Shown here in pieces: positions 42,883 through 56,950 of a DNA stretch of 64,000 nucleotides. The notes under the pieces were generated by a model, which ran no database searches, was not told the origin of the DNA, and saw nothing but the letters and a program-made list of their open reading frames with translations. Positions within the stretch are counted from its first letter, which is position 1. Each line of letters starts with the position of its first letter. Source of the DNA: Octopus vulgaris (taxonomy: Eukaryota). The stretch spans positions 38,378,001-38,442,000 of the forward strand of contig OX597820.1 of the NCBI GenBank assembly GCA_951406725.2, in the 5' to 3' direction. A program made the position numbers and the translations under genes.

Positions 42883-43659
42883 TCACGATTTTATTTATTG
42901 TAACCTCTAATATAACAAGTAAGCGTTACTGGGACAGTATTCGAACTCAAACTGTAAACTCAGCTTACAAACTAGCACGAGAAGTTATCACCTATTTCTG
43001 TTAACAACAGCTCCATATAATTTTGAAAACGATTACAGTATATATATATTTTATTTAAAGGGATGATTATTAAGTAGATAAAAGTATAGATGTTTTTGAA
43101 CAGACTATAAAAAATCAGGACATACTGAAAGCAAATTATGCGTGCTATTTAGAGTCTTTACGCAAATGAATTCAGTGATATGCCTGAGGTGAAACGACAA
43201 TAACCGCGACTATAAAACCTGTAACGGACGAAACTTTTGGAAAACTTATTTCTATTCTAATGCGCTCGCCGGAATATTGAATTATAGTCTGTTAAAGACG
43301 TCTGATGCGTGTTAAAAGTGATTTTGTTGTGTACAGAGCAAATTGAATTAGCAAAATGCTACATTTAGACAATGATAAATCGTACTAGTTGGTTGCCACT
43401 GACATTTGTTACATCTAGATGACATTGCGTACAATTGCAGAGAAGAAATGTATATTAAGCACATTGAGAACAATTGAGGTAAAGGAATACGTAGAAGTAA
43501 TTGTATTTAATGTTAAGATTTAAATTTTCAGTCTTCGAAAAGACAGCAGAAAGGTCGCCCGGTGAATGCTTCATTCTTTACGTCTTTCAAAGTGAATGGA
43601 CGTATTCTGACTTATGCACATGTTTAAGCATGCAGGTACGTACGGACATCCGTATGTAC

Positions 43660-43822
43660 GTACGTACGTACGTATGTATGTATGTATGTATGTATGTATG
43701 TATGTATGTATGTATGTATGTATGTATGTACGTATGTATGTATGTATGTATGTATGTATGTATGTATGTATGTATGTATGTATGTATGTATGTATGTGTG
43801 TAAGTATGCATCTATCTATCTG

Positions 43823-43899
<77 letters not shown>

Positions 43900-43900
43900 A
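43660..43900. repeat. (TATG)n plus (TATC)n microsatellites
   Basis: Directly visible. Confidence 0.95.
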
Positions 43901-44164
43901 TGTATGTGTTTATATATTATTTAAAAGAGCTTCAGTCGGCTCCATGTCTGGCTTCTCACGGAAACCTGGCGCGTTCAAGTTCAGGTTACTGACTGAAAAA
44001 ATAGAGAAAGATGAAGATGGCTGCTGAGAGATGGGCTACTTATAGTGAAGGCCGGTCAAATGTGAGATCATTCTAGACACACCAGTTGCATGAAGCTAGT
44101 GGAGTCACGGTGTCTGATGGGATTTGAAGGGTTTTGGAAGATAACAGAAGCAAGGCCGGCGAAA

Positions 44165-44765
44165 GTCGTTTTATCGAACTCTTTTGGCGAATCGCTAGGA
44201 TATTTTATTGACCACCTTTGGCGAACCGCTACGTTATTTTATCTATCTTGTTTAGCGAACCGCTAAGTAATTTTGTCGATCACGGTTGGCGAACCGCCAA
44301 TTCATTTTATCGATCACGGTTGGCGAACCGCTAGTCATGTTATCGATCTTCTTTGGCGAACCGCTAAGTCATTTTATCGTTCTCATTTGGCGAACTGCTA
44401 GTCCATTTTATCGATCTGGTTTGTCGAACAGCTAAGTCACTTTATCGATATCGTTTGGCGAACCGCTAAGTAATTTTATCGATATCCTTTGGCGAAGCGC
44501 TAGATTATGTTATCAATCTTGTTTGGCGAACCGCTAAGTAATTTTATCGATTATTTTAGGCGAACCGCTAGGTCATTATATCGATCATGTTTGGCGAACC
44601 GCTAGGTCAGTTTATCGATATCGTTTGGCGAATCGCTAGTCATTTTATCGATCTCGTTTGGTGGTGAACCGCTAAGTCATTTCATCGTCTCGTTTGGCGA
44701 ACCGTTAAGTCATTTTATCGATCATGTTTGGCGATCCGCTAAATCAATTTATCGATCTCCTTTGG
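44165..44765 (+). repeat. 34-bp minisatellite, about 17.5 diverged units
   Basis: Consensus gtcattttatcgatctcgtttggcgaaccgctaa; units are contiguous with no spacers. Confidence 0.9.
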
Positions 44766-45011
44766 GAGTGGTAACGACTAGGGTACTGTAGCTAACTGCA
44801 TATTGTGATCATTCCTCTATTGGTTTCCTATAGCTTTGCTCCCTTTTACAAACCCAGCGAAAATATATTTCCTATTTCAAAGAAATTCAAACAATAGATA
44901 TAAGACCAAAGTTAAAATGATTCTCAACAATTCAACTTCTCTGGTTGACATTAAGATGCCCACCCCCAACAAGGGCCTTAACTCTCACATGTTATCGTGT
45001 CCCAAGTCGTG

Positions 45012-45440
45012 ACATAGCGGTTTGACAAAGGAGATCGATAAAATGACCTAGCGGTTCACCAAACGAGATCGATAAAATCAATTAGCGGTTCGGAAACGCG
45101 ATCGATAAAATGACTTAGGTTCACCAAACTAGATCGATAAAATGACGTAGCGCTTCGCCATACGAGACCGATAGAAATATTTAGAGGTTCGCCGAACGAT
45201 ATCGATATAATGACTTAGCTTTTCGACAAACGAGTCAATAAAAAGCCTAGCAGTTCGTGAACCGTGGTCGATAAATGACGTAGTGGTTCACCAACCGAGA
45301 ACGATAAAATGACTTACCGTTTCACTAAAGAAGCGCGATAAAATGAATTAGCGGTTCGCCAAAAATGATCGATAAAATGACTTAGCGTTTTGACAAACTT
45401 GATCGACCTAGCGGCTCGCCAAACGATATCGATAAAATGA
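45012..45440 (-). repeat. Same 34-bp minisatellite in inverted orientation, about 13 units
   Basis: Units ttagcggttcgccaaacgagatcgataaaatgac are the reverse complement of the upstream array. Confidence 0.9.
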
Positions 45441-45777
45441 TGTTACCATCTGGGGACTATGTGTGACCGAGTGATAATAAAAAGACTGAAAGGAGATCTG
45501 CAATCAAATAACTTTACCCAACACTTTGCAACTGAATCAGTGGAGGCAAAGATGCCTCTCATTTACTTGACGATTTATGCACCACATTGCAGAAATCACA
45601 ATTTAAGTGTATGTCAAAACAAACTGTTACACTCTTGTACCATTGAATTACAAATAATGCTCACACATACAAAGATAAATTGATAGATACAACTGATTGG
45701 GCAAACAAAAATATGAGACACAGCCTAGTGTTTATATATATATATATTATATATATATGCATATATATTTAAACATA

Positions 45778-45905
45778 TACGCCGGGCTTCTTTCAGTTTC
45801 CGTCTACTAAATAGAAACTTGCCCAAGATGTCAGGCAGTGGTACTGAACATGGAACCATGTAGTTGGGAGGCAAGCTTCTTATCACACAGCCACTCCTGC
45901 GCCTA
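45778..45905 (-). mobile_element. SINE family B, 5' part
   Basis: cttctttcagtttccgtctac...gcccaagatg...cacacagccactcctgcgcct. Confidence 0.75.
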
Positions 45906-46002
45906 TGTACACCTCCATCCATCCATCCATCCATCCATCCATCCATCCATCTATCCATACATACATACATACATACATACATACATGCATACATGCATGC
46001 AT

Positions 46003-46070
<68 letters not shown>

Positions 46071-46074
<4 letters not shown>

Positions 46075-46234
46075 AGAGTTTACGAAAAAAAAAAAGACGA
46101 GGACAGGTGGTGTACAAAACAAAGAGATGTATTAGTATAACGCTCAAGAATAGAAAAAGTCTTTAACGTGTCGAGCCTACGCTCTTCTACAGAGAGGGAC
46201 ACAGAAAAAATGTGTGTAGCGGCTAACGACGATC
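46071..46234 (-). mobile_element. Family H2 short element with degenerate HHR (46160-46197)
   Basis: Colinear with 2530-2734; minus strand CUGUAGA-A-GAGC guag GCUC-GACA-CG-UU-aaaga; (TA)n on both sides. Confidence 0.6.
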
Positions 46235-46257
46235 TATATATATATATATATATATAT

Positions 46258-46470
46258 AAATGGTCTGATGAAAAGTTTCGTGACTGGTGCTATACAATGA
46301 AATCTACAGCACATATCAACTAGGCATTTAATCTCCTGTGAAGTAGTGCGTTTCTGAAGCCACGTATATCATGCAGCATTGTTTCCATTGACAGAAGCAC
46401 TACTGGAACTCCTTTTGGGGATGACGTGTAGCTACGTCTTCGTATTCTCTAGTATACCTCACTCGAAATT
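46258..46470 (-). mobile_element. mariner 3'-end fragment
   Basis: Minus strand EFQ*CFCQWKQCCMIYVASETHYFTGD*, followed by TIR-like ggtctgatgaaaagtttc. Confidence 0.55.
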
Positions 46471-47177
46471 TTGTTTTTTAACAAGTGGGATGTAATATTT
46501 GTAAAGATGCTCGGCCGAAATGACCTTCAGCCCGTGTTTCTTTCCATGCACCTACGATATCTCTCTCTCTCTCTCTCTGTCTCTCTCTTTCTCTGTCTCA
46601 TATTATCTCTACTATGGTAACTAATACAACCTCTGAGATTTTAATGTGAGGCTTCACACTCTACACGGTTAGCTTCCAAGCGGTGTTATAACCAAGAGAA
46701 GTTCACGAGATATAACTCAGCGTGTATGCGCGTCAGAGTTCAAGATCAATCTGCGCCTCGTGACTTCACTCGGCGTACTTTAGCTCGGTTACCCTAGCAA
46801 CAGCCACAAACTTATGACAAGACTTTCTATACTTTCTAATGTGATATTTGAGAAAATATCTGTTAAAATCCAAATAATAACAACAAAATAAAGAAAATTC
46901 TTTACTAAAAGTCACATTGTTACAGTGTGCAAATTTCGGTTCTCTCCTCACAATACTTTGAGAATAACACACAAATCATATGTGTGTGTGTGTGTGTTGT
47001 GTGTGAAATTGTATGTATTTACACACAGACAGACAGAGACAGAGAGACAGACAGACACACACACACATAAGCATATATATCTATGTTTCTAATTATTCAT
47101 CAACCTTTGTTCACAATGAGTCCTGTGCTGTGGCTCGCGCTCTCTCTATCTTTCTGTATATATATATGTATATGTAT

Positions 47178-47214
<37 letters not shown>

Positions 47215-47763
47215 TATATATATCTATATATATATGTATATATATATGTATATATGTATGTATATAGCTGTACGTGTGCCTGCATACCGTACGTAGATGA
47301 TTGGTTTTCGTTTGATTGTGTAATCTATTTTGTGATATATTGATTCTATACATTTTTCTACACAACTTGACCCGATACAATTGAAAGATGTTAACTGAAT
47401 CATATGATTACTTGTATTTATCTATCTTATATATTTATTCATTCATTCAGTAGCTATTCAGAAGCTTTTCGTATACCTCTTGCTTTGTCAAATCAGTTGT
47501 CTTCCATCTGTTTTATCAATATTTTACTATTTCGCTAGTTCATCGTTCGTATCACTAGTTACACTACATCGCTGGGCACCGAATCATCTGTGTCTACATA
47601 GAACAATGAATGTTTGAATGAATGAAAAACAAGTCGAATGGTAACAATCAACCAATGTAAACACCACTCTTTTCTACATTACTCTCTCTGTAAAAGTACA
47701 TGCACACGCGAACTCTCACTTACACATATACTTGTGAGTATACACACACACACACACACACAT

Positions 47764-47839
<76 letters not shown>

Positions 47840-47854
47840 ATGTATGTGTGTGTT

Positions 47855-47988
47855 GAGTGGCTATGTGGTAAGTAGCTTGCTTACGAAACACATCGTTCCG
47901 GGTTCATTCCCGCTGCGTGGCACTTTGGGCAAGTCGCGCAAAACCTTGTGAATGGATTTGGTAGATGGAAACTGAAAGGAGCCCATCG

Positions 47989-48024
<36 letters not shown>

Positions 48025-48255
48025 CATATATGTTTGTGCGTCTATGTTTGTCCCCCCAACATCGCTTGACAACCAATGGTCGTGTGTTTACGGACCCGTA
48101 AGCTAGTGGTTCGGCAAAGGGTCCGGCAGAATAAGTACTAGGCTTAGAAAGAATAAGTCCTGGGGTCGATATGCTCAACTAAAGGCGGTGCTTCAACATG
48201 GCTACAGTCAAATGACCGGAACAAGTAAAAGAGTAGAAAGAGCAAAAGAGAGTAT
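47855..48255 (+). mobile_element. SINE family B, near full length
   Basis: gagtggctatgtggtaagtagc...gggttcattccc...ggggtcgat...ggcggtgcttcaacatggc...aacaagtaaaagagt. Confidence 0.85.
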
Positions 48256-48548
48256 TCAAGGAGGCTTATGTTTTACAGCGTAGGGTGTTTTACTGAGGAT
48301 CATAAGTGTATTGTAATGGTTTCGATTTCTGGTGTAAGATGCTTCATTTTCAGTCCACAGAAAGTTATTCACCAACAGATTTTTAGTGTTCTCTTTCTTT
48401 CTACAGTTATTATTCCTCTGATCTTTCGGTGAGGTATTGCCTAGAGGAGAGTGTGTGTCAATATCTGAAACATTATTCACTAAATCATGTCACAAGTTAC
48501 CAGGTCGATACACCAACCATTCAACATCAGATTTGAATCAGATCTTCT

Positions 48549-48610
<62 letters not shown>

Positions 48611-48616
48611 ACATAC

Positions 48617-49580
48617 TGCTAATATAGGATAAAATTTCTTTCCAAAAAGATTTTATCAAAGTGGCCAGCATATTAAAATACCATTAAAGGTGAAAATTAT
48701 AAACAATTTATAAACAATATGCTGAGAATAGACTTTAAATCGTCAGTCCCCATATACAATATACATTCACTATGAATACACGTCGTGCTGAAAACGAGGA
48801 GGGCAAGCTAACAGAATTTTGTTTTAAATTTCGTTATCTCTGTATTGAATCAATTTCGAGATTAATCCAACGGATCTTCCCCTCTTCAGTAGAGAATACG
48901 ATAAGAAATAAATGAAATACTTACAAGCACCCATGGAAAAAAGAAGAAACAAGAGTCATGAGTACACATAAGTACCTAGTTATATGTAAATACAAAATCT
49001 TTTAGCATACCTCAGCACATGTGTAACCGGTCACGAACCATTGGCATAGAAATATTTTTTCTTTTGCTCTTATTTAGAAATTGTTTACAATTTTCACCTT
49101 TAAAGCTATTTTAATATGCTGGCCACTTTGATGGAATTTTTTGGAAAAAAAATTTTATTCTATAGTAGAAATAAATATATTATCATTCACTTTGGGACTG
49201 GTACCCACTCTAATTTGTGGTTTGTGACCGATCACACGTGTGCTGAGGCTTGCTAAAGGATTTTACATTTAGATATAACTGGGGTACTTATGTGTACATA
49301 TGTCTCTTGCTCCTGATTTTTTCCATGGGTGATTGTAAGTATTTCATTTATTTCTTATCATATTCGCTACTGAAATGGGAAAAATCTTTTGGATTAATCC
49401 CGCAATTGATTCCATATAGAGATAACGAACTTAAAATCTGTTAGCTTGCCTTCCTCGATTTCAGCACGACGTGTATTCATAGTGAATGTATATTGTATAT
49501 AGTGATTGACGATTTAAAGTCTATTCTCAGCATATTGGCATAGAAAACTTTTTTTTCTTTTGCGCTTGTTTATGAATTAT
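48617..49580. mobile_element. ORF-less PLE-like element: direct unit plus inverted partial copy (family H3)
   Basis: 48617-48715 is inverted at 49075-49168; 48716-49040 is inverted at 49218-49537; ttggcatagaaa...cttttgc is directly repeated at 49041 and 49535; (TA)n-rich flanks. Confidence 0.7.
48837..48895 (-). ncRNA. Type I hammerhead ribozyme (family H3)
   Basis: ucucua-CUGAAGA-GGG gaa gaucc guu ggauu aau CUC-GAAA-UUG auu CAA-UA-cagaga; all three stems can form. A decayed sister copy lies at 49364-49422 (+). Confidence 0.7.
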
Positions 49581-50369
49581 ATATATACATATATATATAA
49601 GTATATATATATTTTTTCTGTAACACAGCTCATTCATACACAAATATATCTGAACATCTCAATTCTAATAGTGTATTAATGAATATAATGCCTATTCCAT
49701 CAAACCAATTTCTACAAATACTCAAACACGGCCGTCTCAATTTTAGTCGTCACTTTAAGAACGGCTTTTAATCAGACCTAGTTAACCATCGGGAACATAC
49801 ACTACTAACAAGATTTCAGCAACAATTTAGACATAGCTACTTCCCTTTGCATACGAAATTGAGTCGTCACCAAGAAATTCTATATACTACATCTTCATTC
49901 ATCTAAAGAGAATAAACGATTTCAAATTAAGATCATACTTATCCTACATATATACATTTAACTGCCCATACGTAAGTACATATATGCTAAAACAAAGGCT
50001 GCAACAGAGTATAAATATGGAATGGATTTGTTGATAACTTGACATTGCAAAATCTTATAGTTATACACACACATGCATACACACACATAGACGCATGTAC
50101 ACACACACACACATGCACACACACACATATATATAAGGGCGCGTGCGCATGTATGTGTATGTATTATCATTCAAAGCATCAACTCCGATTTACAATAATT
50201 CTATAACTAGTGTTTAAATCAATTTCCTGATATACAGAATGAGTATAATCTTTCTTTCCACTGAAAATATTATTTACTTTTAACACCATAATACAGATCA
50301 GTCTCTTTTATAATTTATTACAATGCTTAATTATATTTATAGCACTTTATTTAATTCTCTTAACACACA

Positions 50370-50451
<82 letters not shown>

Positions 50452-53400
50452 ATGCATGCGATTTTATTTTCTGCTTCACACAAGTTTGTCTTATCTAGAA
50501 TTTATTTAAATATATTTATCGTAGTTTATATACAGTTGTTAATATACATTTGGTTTTGTTTTCTCTTACACACAAGTTTGCCTCATGTAGAGTTTATTAT
50601 ATAATGATTCGTGTATAAACAAAAATATATAGAAAACTAAAGCTGCAGAGTTTAAAATATCTGAAATACTGTTTACTCATCTATTGAAGCAAAACTTTTA
50701 GAATTTCCGAATTTCCCACCCTACCCCTCATTTAAATCATCTGAAAGTCTGTATACGCAAAGGTGAAGGTAATGTAAAAAGCCTAAGCTAAACGTGTATC
50801 CATAAGTATAAAAATTATACATTTTATCGCATTAAACTTTTCTACATTAAACTTTTGGTTCTAAAAGTTGATTGAATGGCAGTCTCACACAAAACATAGT
50901 TTATATTCATATATTAGTATGCAGTATCTCTAGTGCAGTTGTATATTTTTAATACTGTCACTGGTATTGCTTTCAATCAATCATATTATTAAGGCATCAA
51001 AAAGTATAGGTGTTTTATAGTTTCTGAATACGTGGAACGAACGAGTGAGGAAAATTTAATCTAAATTGCGAATTGGAAGCAGTCGTATGAATAGATAGTA
51101 ATTCACTTTCATTTCTTTAGCTATTGTACAATATCACATTGGTATTATTATCGATAGCTTTGGTGTAATTTACGCGCAGTATCCTGAGATGTCATCTTCT
51201 TCCAGAAACCTCTGAATATAATATAATAGTATAAAACGGCTTCTTTTGTGACAGATTTAAATTTGTGAAACAGAGCATGTGATCAATTCCGTTCATGATT
51301 TCTCATAAAGACTTATCGTTTGGTCTTTGTATCGGTTTTAAGTTTGGTCGTAGCCGAGGAAAAGGAGATGGCTAAATCCTTAGGCATAAAAACGAAGGTC
51401 CGGTAGATCACTGTTCTTAAATCCACTGTAACAAGGAACGTCTTTTTCATTCATACAATTATAAATGCAAATAAAATGCTTCAGACCACTGTAGCTTGAC
51501 ACTACAGAATATTATTACTTATCTTAATGATGATGTATGCAACAAGAACATTTTATTAGGGAGCTGAAGCCTATTTATGTCTTAGTTTTAATTAAAGAAT
51601 GGTTTCAAAAAATATGCACAACTTCATTTTTGTTAGTTATTGCAGTTGGGTTGAAGTACATATAATCTGTTGATACTGATAATGATGATGATTTTTTGTA
51701 ATTCGATTTTCACCAACCTCAAAGAGTGTGACCGAAGACGATCCTAAGCAATTCTATTTCAGTGTATTGCAACCTTGCTGTTTCATATTTGGCAGAAAGA
51801 TAATATAACGGGAAGGAAGGAAAGCTGCCAAATATTTTTCATATTAATCCCTCTGACATGGGATAAATTTTGAGAAACATCCCTTAACCACATCCATATT
51901 ACTCAACTTTCTACTATGAAAGTTACGCTGCAAACCATTTCGATGCCGTGCTAACTTCTACCATGAGCAATCAGATGCAAGACCAAATAAAAGCGGCCAT
52001 CGTATTCATTCTTGTAAAGTAATTATCGTATTATTAAATCGTCAACTCTTGAATTGAATAATCCGCATTGAGTTAAAATTGTAGTTTAATTGACATGTAT
52101 TAATCGTTGTTACTGCTGTTATATTCACTTCTCTTGCAACTTAATATGCTTCTCACTATTTAATGATTCTCTTATAAAATCACAATAATCTCAAGTGATT
52201 TGAATTGAAATAAGATTCCGATTTTTATTACCCATTAACAAAGTACTCAATGAGTTTTGATAATGGATTCTTCCTGTAAAAACAGAAATCATTTTATACC
52301 GACTGTATAGCAGATTGTTCACGATAACATAAGTAGCCAAAATATTGATGGAATGCACTCTAATATTTTTGATAGTGTGAGCTTAGGGTTATATAATGTG
52401 ATTAAACCACTTCTGATAAGCTGACAATTAGGCGTCTCTATGTATTCCTTTGGCGTTCGATTGGAACATTTGTAGACATATACATCGCTAATGCCAGACG
52501 ACTATATGGAATTAATGTACTTCGTGATTCCCTTATAACATTCCTTTATTTCTATGTTTGTTTACCATAAGTAAAGTCAACTCAATACATAGCTAAATAA
52601 AATTAACCAAAGAAGGAGAATGATTCTGCGAGGGAAACAAAACTATGCTCTAACATGATTGAAAATCATGTTTCCTCCTGATATATCTACTAATCATCAA
52701 GGATATTGCGTACAATCGCAGTGAATGTGTATATAGTTACAGAATATAATTAGTAGATGGAGAAAACTGATAGTTAATTTGTTTTATATTTTAAGTGCTG
52801 AATTTTGAAGAAGAATTAGCCGAATAGGTATAAAAAACCACATGTATAAAGAAGAACGACCGTGATAAATCTGTTCATTACTATGACGGTTGTGTTAATA
52901 AAATAAATAAATTTAAGTGGATACCTTTGAGCATTATAAAATGATTAAGGATTAAATAACAATATCATTGAGTAGGTTTGTGATTCAAATTCATACAGGT
53001 TTTGCAAAATTATCGGCAAAATTTTATAGTATATATTGCATAGAGTTTATAATGAAATATAACAATTTGTTGAGTGAAATCTTGTCCGAATATTTTAAGA
53101 TGCCCTTTCATCTATATCGAGAGACATTGGAGTGTGAAATCACTGGTCGATTAAAACCCAGTATGGAACCCCATATAGGAGAAAGGCAAACATCCCCCAT
53201 GGTATGACTGCCGCTCTTCGAAGAGACACCGAATTTATATGTCCAGAATACAAGCATTGGCTTGGAATTTTAAAAGGCAATATCTTCCACTCAACCTCCA
53301 TAGAATGACCAAAAGCGAAGCAAAGGAGTAAGTTTGGATTCCATTTGGCTGCAGGTATTGCAAAACGTTTAAAGGCTCAAAAAGATCACCTAGAAGGGAC

Positions 53401-53977
53401 CCAAATCCAAATCTTATTATGTTTTGTCCACCCTATTAGGAAAAAAAAACTATTGTCAGTTACTGTCACTTCTTGGAGGTAGACTTGCAAATCACTACGA
53501 GAAGTGTAATTCATAGTGCTAATCTAAATAAAAAAAAAAATGGGTGAGCATCTAAGGTGAAATTATTACATGTGCTATAACATCAGCTTTCTTAAATGTT
53601 TGGAGATACCGTACGTCATATTGCCCAATGAAGACATTTTTTTCGATATATAATGACACCATGTTGAACATTGCATAGGTAAATAGGGTGTACCGACATT
53701 TTTGTCAAGTTTTCGAACTTTCCAAGGCAACATGAAGTATCATATATTTCCTATTGAATATCATATTATTTTTCTGAATTATATTAACTAGCTTTCGTAG
53801 TCATATGTTTCATATTTATAATTAAGAATAATACAACTTGCATCTGGAAGATCATTAGAATAACGAAATGTTAATCTAATAAAATGATTGCTTTTATTTT
53901 ACTATATTTGTAACACACAATTGTAAGACCAGTGGAATCATAGGATACATTAGTCTTTATCAATTGTTATACCTATA

Positions 53978-54192
53978 CGAGGGAGGGCTGAAAAGTTCTT
54001 GAATTTAAGAGTATCGCAAAAGGCCTGGGTGGAGTCCCGACTTTCCAAGATCGTTTGCAGGGCTTAGAAAAGCTGAAGGACTGTGACAGTAAGTATGTGA
54101 ATCTGAGAGGGGAATATGTTATTTAAAATCATAATTAAATTCCCCCTGTATCTTCTTTTACCCAAAGCCATGAAATTTTCAGCACTCGCTCG
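53978..54192 (+). mobile_element. mariner-derived MITE with TA TSD
   Basis: TA-cgagggagggctgaaaagttc ... gaaattttcagcactcgctcg-TA; retains the transposase tail GLEKLKDCDSKYVNLRGEYVI*. Confidence 0.75.
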
Positions 54193-56393
54193 TAAAGTTT
54201 GTGGGAAACTCTATCGCATAAAGGAACATCTTGTTAGATTTCCTTATTATATAATTTGGATTTTCCAACGATTTTTTTCTTCTAATAAATATCGCTTTGA
54301 CTGAGGGAACCAAAGAGATCACATTGAACCAGTGTATAAATAACACCGTTGGAGAATCTAAATCTATTGAATGTCCGTTCCTCCAACTTACAAGATGCTT
54401 ATCTCTAGCACCACCGGCCATTCTAGGGAAGTCGCTATCACTATCTCACCTGGCTGTTCATTGGTTGTGTTGTAGAAGTGTGTTATATTCGATGGAATTC
54501 AGGGTCATTCAGCAAACGACACCTGAGGAGTTATCGAAGACGTATGAATCGAAACCGAGCACCATCGTTAGTTACATTTTCTATCAACTCAGTGAAATTT
54601 CAAGAAAATGTTTAGTGTTGATGTGCGTATGAAAGTGTTGCTGCTTTAATATTAATCAATCTCTTCCCTACAGAAATTATATTGATCACAGTTTCGATCT
54701 ACCAATATACTATAGTGAGCTACACAAAATAAGGATTATTCATCTTTAAGCATACACTGATAAAATAAACACTGAAATAACATCTTTGAATAACGTCAGT
54801 GTATCACTGGTATTTTAACTACTTCGAACTGATGAAAGACCATATTGATCTCCGCAATATTTGAATAGAAAACAAAATTAAATATAAAGATTATAATACT
54901 TTACTCAACCTAGCGTTTATGTCCCTACTTTTGATAGACAACAGTACCACAGTTCAAACGTTGTCCATTATATTTCGGATATTTTAATTATGGTAAATCA
55001 ATTCATTAATTATACTTTGACATTTATTAAACCTTGTCACTGCGAAACAAAGTAAGCATCATTTGATGATTTCGTGTAAGTAAGTTAGTGATGCGTGAGT
55101 TAAATGCTGTACTGAACATTAAATGATCCTGAGGAATGTCACTGTTCAATTTACTAATTGCTCATTTCCTTTCCTTGCAATAAATGTGAATTTATTCCCC
55201 CTCAGAGATACCGGTCCGAACATTCAGAAATGCAGCAAGTGAAAAATTAAAACGATCATAATTACATAGTTACCAATTGTAGTTAAGCATTAAACAGCCA
55301 CAGCTGGTTGAGTCATCGAAGTACCAAGGGTAAGATTTTGAGTCAGTTTATTTGTTAATTTATTTGTGTATCACCGTTTTAATGATAAAAATATTTTGTT
55401 GTCATTCAATAATTTCACTTAGTTTTAACGTTGATGCGATCGACAATTCTACCTGAATAACTGTGTAGCTGGCGGGTTTCTTTAAAATGTGTGCTTCAAA
55501 CACTTCGATAGTAACTCTGGACAACATCTTTGATGCGCCCAAAACAAAAAGGCAGTGTTACCGAAGAAAAGGTTCTTTACCTTTTATCCAAAATAAAACT
55601 CCCATGCACTTGCTTACGCAGAATAGAAGAAAAAAACTTGATAATGAACTCGCATATAATCTCTAGAAGCCAAAATTCTACGATATTTATCAAAGAATTT
55701 TGCTAAAGATATTGGATAAAAATAGCGCTGGTTGTTCACAATTTCAAAAATTGAATTACTGGAATTATAGGATTCTTCCTAGCAGGGTATTCTTTAAATG
55801 GTATCCGTATGAATGATGCGGTGGAAAATACACTGGAGTATGTTTAGAGATGGTAAAATTCATAATGTTCGGATTGGTCAACATGAGAGATTTTTGCAAA
55901 GGTTAACTATAAGATTATAATGTTAGAGCTAAAGTACTAGACTCTGTGATAACCAACTGCTCACACGAACGCACACGCACGTACACACGAGTGGACCTTT
56001 ATGACAATAGAATAGGTAGAAAATTTTCTATTGGTACACATTATTATTTGCATTGCGTGTTTTTACATATATTGCAGTATAACATTTGATTCAGGGGGAG
56101 CCAGTGAAGGCCTCTCCTAAGTAACATTGAACAAGGTTTACCAAAAGAAAAACAAAGAAAAAAGGAAGAAAACAAGCGAAAAATCATGATAACGCAAGCA
56201 GAATGATAGGCACATGAATAAATATGTCATATGAATAACTAACCCAATTCAATGAATAAAAACATATTTACATGCTACAAGCAATAGTAATATCGACATT
56301 AATAAACATACGAGGAAAAGGAGGATTAAATATTTATCTGCCCGACGAGAAACATAAAAGATAAAGTTCATCAATGTATAGCTCAAGTAAATA

Positions 56394-56950
56394 CAGCAAT
56401 CCCTTGACTATCGCGGGTGTTACGTTCCAAATGCTATTGGTGAAAATCCACAAAGTAGAAACAGTACTAGACTGTAAATTTTTTTGAATGATTTTCATAA
56501 TTTGTATATATTTATTTTATTATAAATGCAAAACAACGCCTTAGAGTAAACAGTGTAATTTAAAATAATAAACTAGGATAGGTGAAACGCGATATGAGAA
56601 CCGCGATGTGCCGAGGGATAACTGTACTTGCTTAACTAAGGCAAAGATATAATTGGGATAGAGTCGATTTAGTAGAAGTATAAAAGGTAAAAAATGTGTC
56701 AGAATCGAGGAGAACACAGTTTGGCGAAACACTTCATGTCGGTCAGTTAAGTTCAATTTCTTCAGAAGCGGTCAAAGATTATGTAGTAGTAGTAGAAGAT
56801 TCTCCCAACTAAAACAATGCGGATTGTGAGGTTCACAGAATTTTTTAGCAATTAGTATTGATTGTGGCTCAAGCATTTTCTAGCCCTGAAATGCAAAGTT
56901 GCATCTTTGCGACGAGTATTTACTATGCGAAGATGCACAATACTGTGAAG
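56394..56950. mobile_element. Possible pogo/Tigger-like DNA transposon remnant
   Basis: TA-cagcaatcccttgactatcgcgg resembles a Tigger-type terminus; the other end was not found. Confidence 0.3.

Noticed and set aside
44165-45440. CRISPR-like 34-bp repeat array
   Set aside because: Units are contiguous and diverged with no unique spacers, there are no cas genes, and the context is eukaryotic.
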